DNA of 64,000 nucleotides, taken from contig NC_052163.1 in assembly GCF_902713615.1 (NCBI RefSeq), positions 51,198,878 to 51,262,877 on the forward strand, in the 5' to 3' direction. Shown piece by piece: positions 63,021 to 64,000 of this stretch; the first letter of the stretch is position 1, and each line of letters opens with the position of its first letter. The DNA is from Scyliorhinus canicula (taxonomy: Eukaryota). The position numbers and the translations under genes were made by a program. A model generated the notes under the pieces. That model had not been told where the DNA came from. It saw only the letters and a program-made list of their open reading frames with translations, and made no database searches.

Positions 63021-63053
63021 ATTTAATCTACTTAAGAACAGTCAAGATCGATC

Positions 63054-64000
63054 ATGGAATCAGCCCTCAAGCCTGGACGCCTAGGAACTCGAGCCACAGG
63101 ATGCAGCTGCAAAAGAAATCTTCTCCCACTGGCTGCGGTGCTTTAAGGACCCAATCATGGGCCCCCGACCAGCGACTCCCCCAGGCCTGTGCCACGCGGC
63201 CGCCCTGCCACCATGCTGCCCCAGCCAGCCACTGTGCTGCTCCAGCCAGCCACTATGCTGCTCCAGCCTGTCATTTCTGCGGCCAGAACCAGCACCCGCG
63301 GCAGCACTGCCCGGCCCGCAACGCAACCTGCAGCAGCTGCGGGTGGAAAGGCCACTATGCGAGTGTGTGCCTCACAAAAAGGGACCCAGCTTCCAACTCC
63401 CCAGCGGCACGAAGTAATCGTTCCCCACACCCGCAGGCCCGTGGGGGCCAAAACGCTGCAGCCTATGCCCTGACCACGCCCCCTCCCGCCACATGCGATC
63501 CATGGGGGCCGCCATCTTGGCAAACCTCCACCACGTGGCCGGCCACTTGCGACTCATGGAGGCCGCCATCTTGGACGCCATCTTCCTCGCCGCCCGCCAC
63601 GTGCGATCCACAGGCCCGACCTGCATCTCCACGCTCGGACAACTCATCGGAAGAGTACAACTACGAACTCAGAGGGCAGTCATCACGGGGCAACTCCAGC
63701 ACAGCTGATCGAGCCACTGACTACATGCAACTCAGCGCAATCACCTTGGACCAATCACGCCCGAAACATCTGCGAAACTCGATGGCAGAGGACCAAATCA
63801 ACGGGTACAACACGCCATGCCTCTTCGACTCCGGGAGCACTGAGAGCTTCATACATCCAGACCTGGTAAGACGCTGTCCGCTCCCCGTTTTCCCTGTGCG
63901 GCAAAACTATCTCGCTCGCTTCAGGCTCCCATTCGGTCCAGATCCAGGGGCGCACCACCACGACACTCACAATCCGAGGCGCTAGCTACTCAAAATTCAA
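63054..64000 (+). pseudogene. Gypsy gag-protease, internally deleted and frameshifted, running off the right edge
   Basis: MESALKPGRL..F.HWLRCF start; two CCHC knuckles (CHFCGQNQHPRQHC, CSSCGWKGHYASVC); aspartic protease motif LFDSGSTESFI. Confidence 0.9.

Overview
This is vertebrate genomic DNA, inferred to be from a shark or other cartilaginous fish because of its CR1/HE1-type SINE, DeuSINE-like and Penelope repeat content. The only host gene I can support is the 3' end of an axonemal dynein heavy chain, best matching DNAH9, on the minus strand. It has three phase-0 coding exons (59034-59216, 54728-55117, 16661-16888), a 37.8 kb last intron and AATAAA signals at about 16400 and 16100. Most of the rest is nested transposable elements: two near-full-length CR1 LINEs, many CR1/SINE/Penelope/Rex1 fragments, an L1 ORF1 remnant, several solo LTRs and the 5' part of a Gypsy element. 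There is also a PIF/Harbinger set made of transposase and Myb remnants plus GC-rich MITEs with 3-bp target duplications. The best leads are: (i) a Gypsy element with no tRNA primer site, whose post-LTR sequence is a perfect 13-nt complement of the LTR poly(A)-signal region; (ii) splice-donor/U1 sites in the 5' UTRs of two different CR1 families; (iii) the link between the Harbinger element and the MITEs; (iv) inverted SINEs bracketing a 390-nt stop-free exon. Exon boundaries were read base by base; repeat boundaries are approximate. Family assignments come from remembered motifs, not database searches, and I cannot confirm that any lead is truly undescribed.
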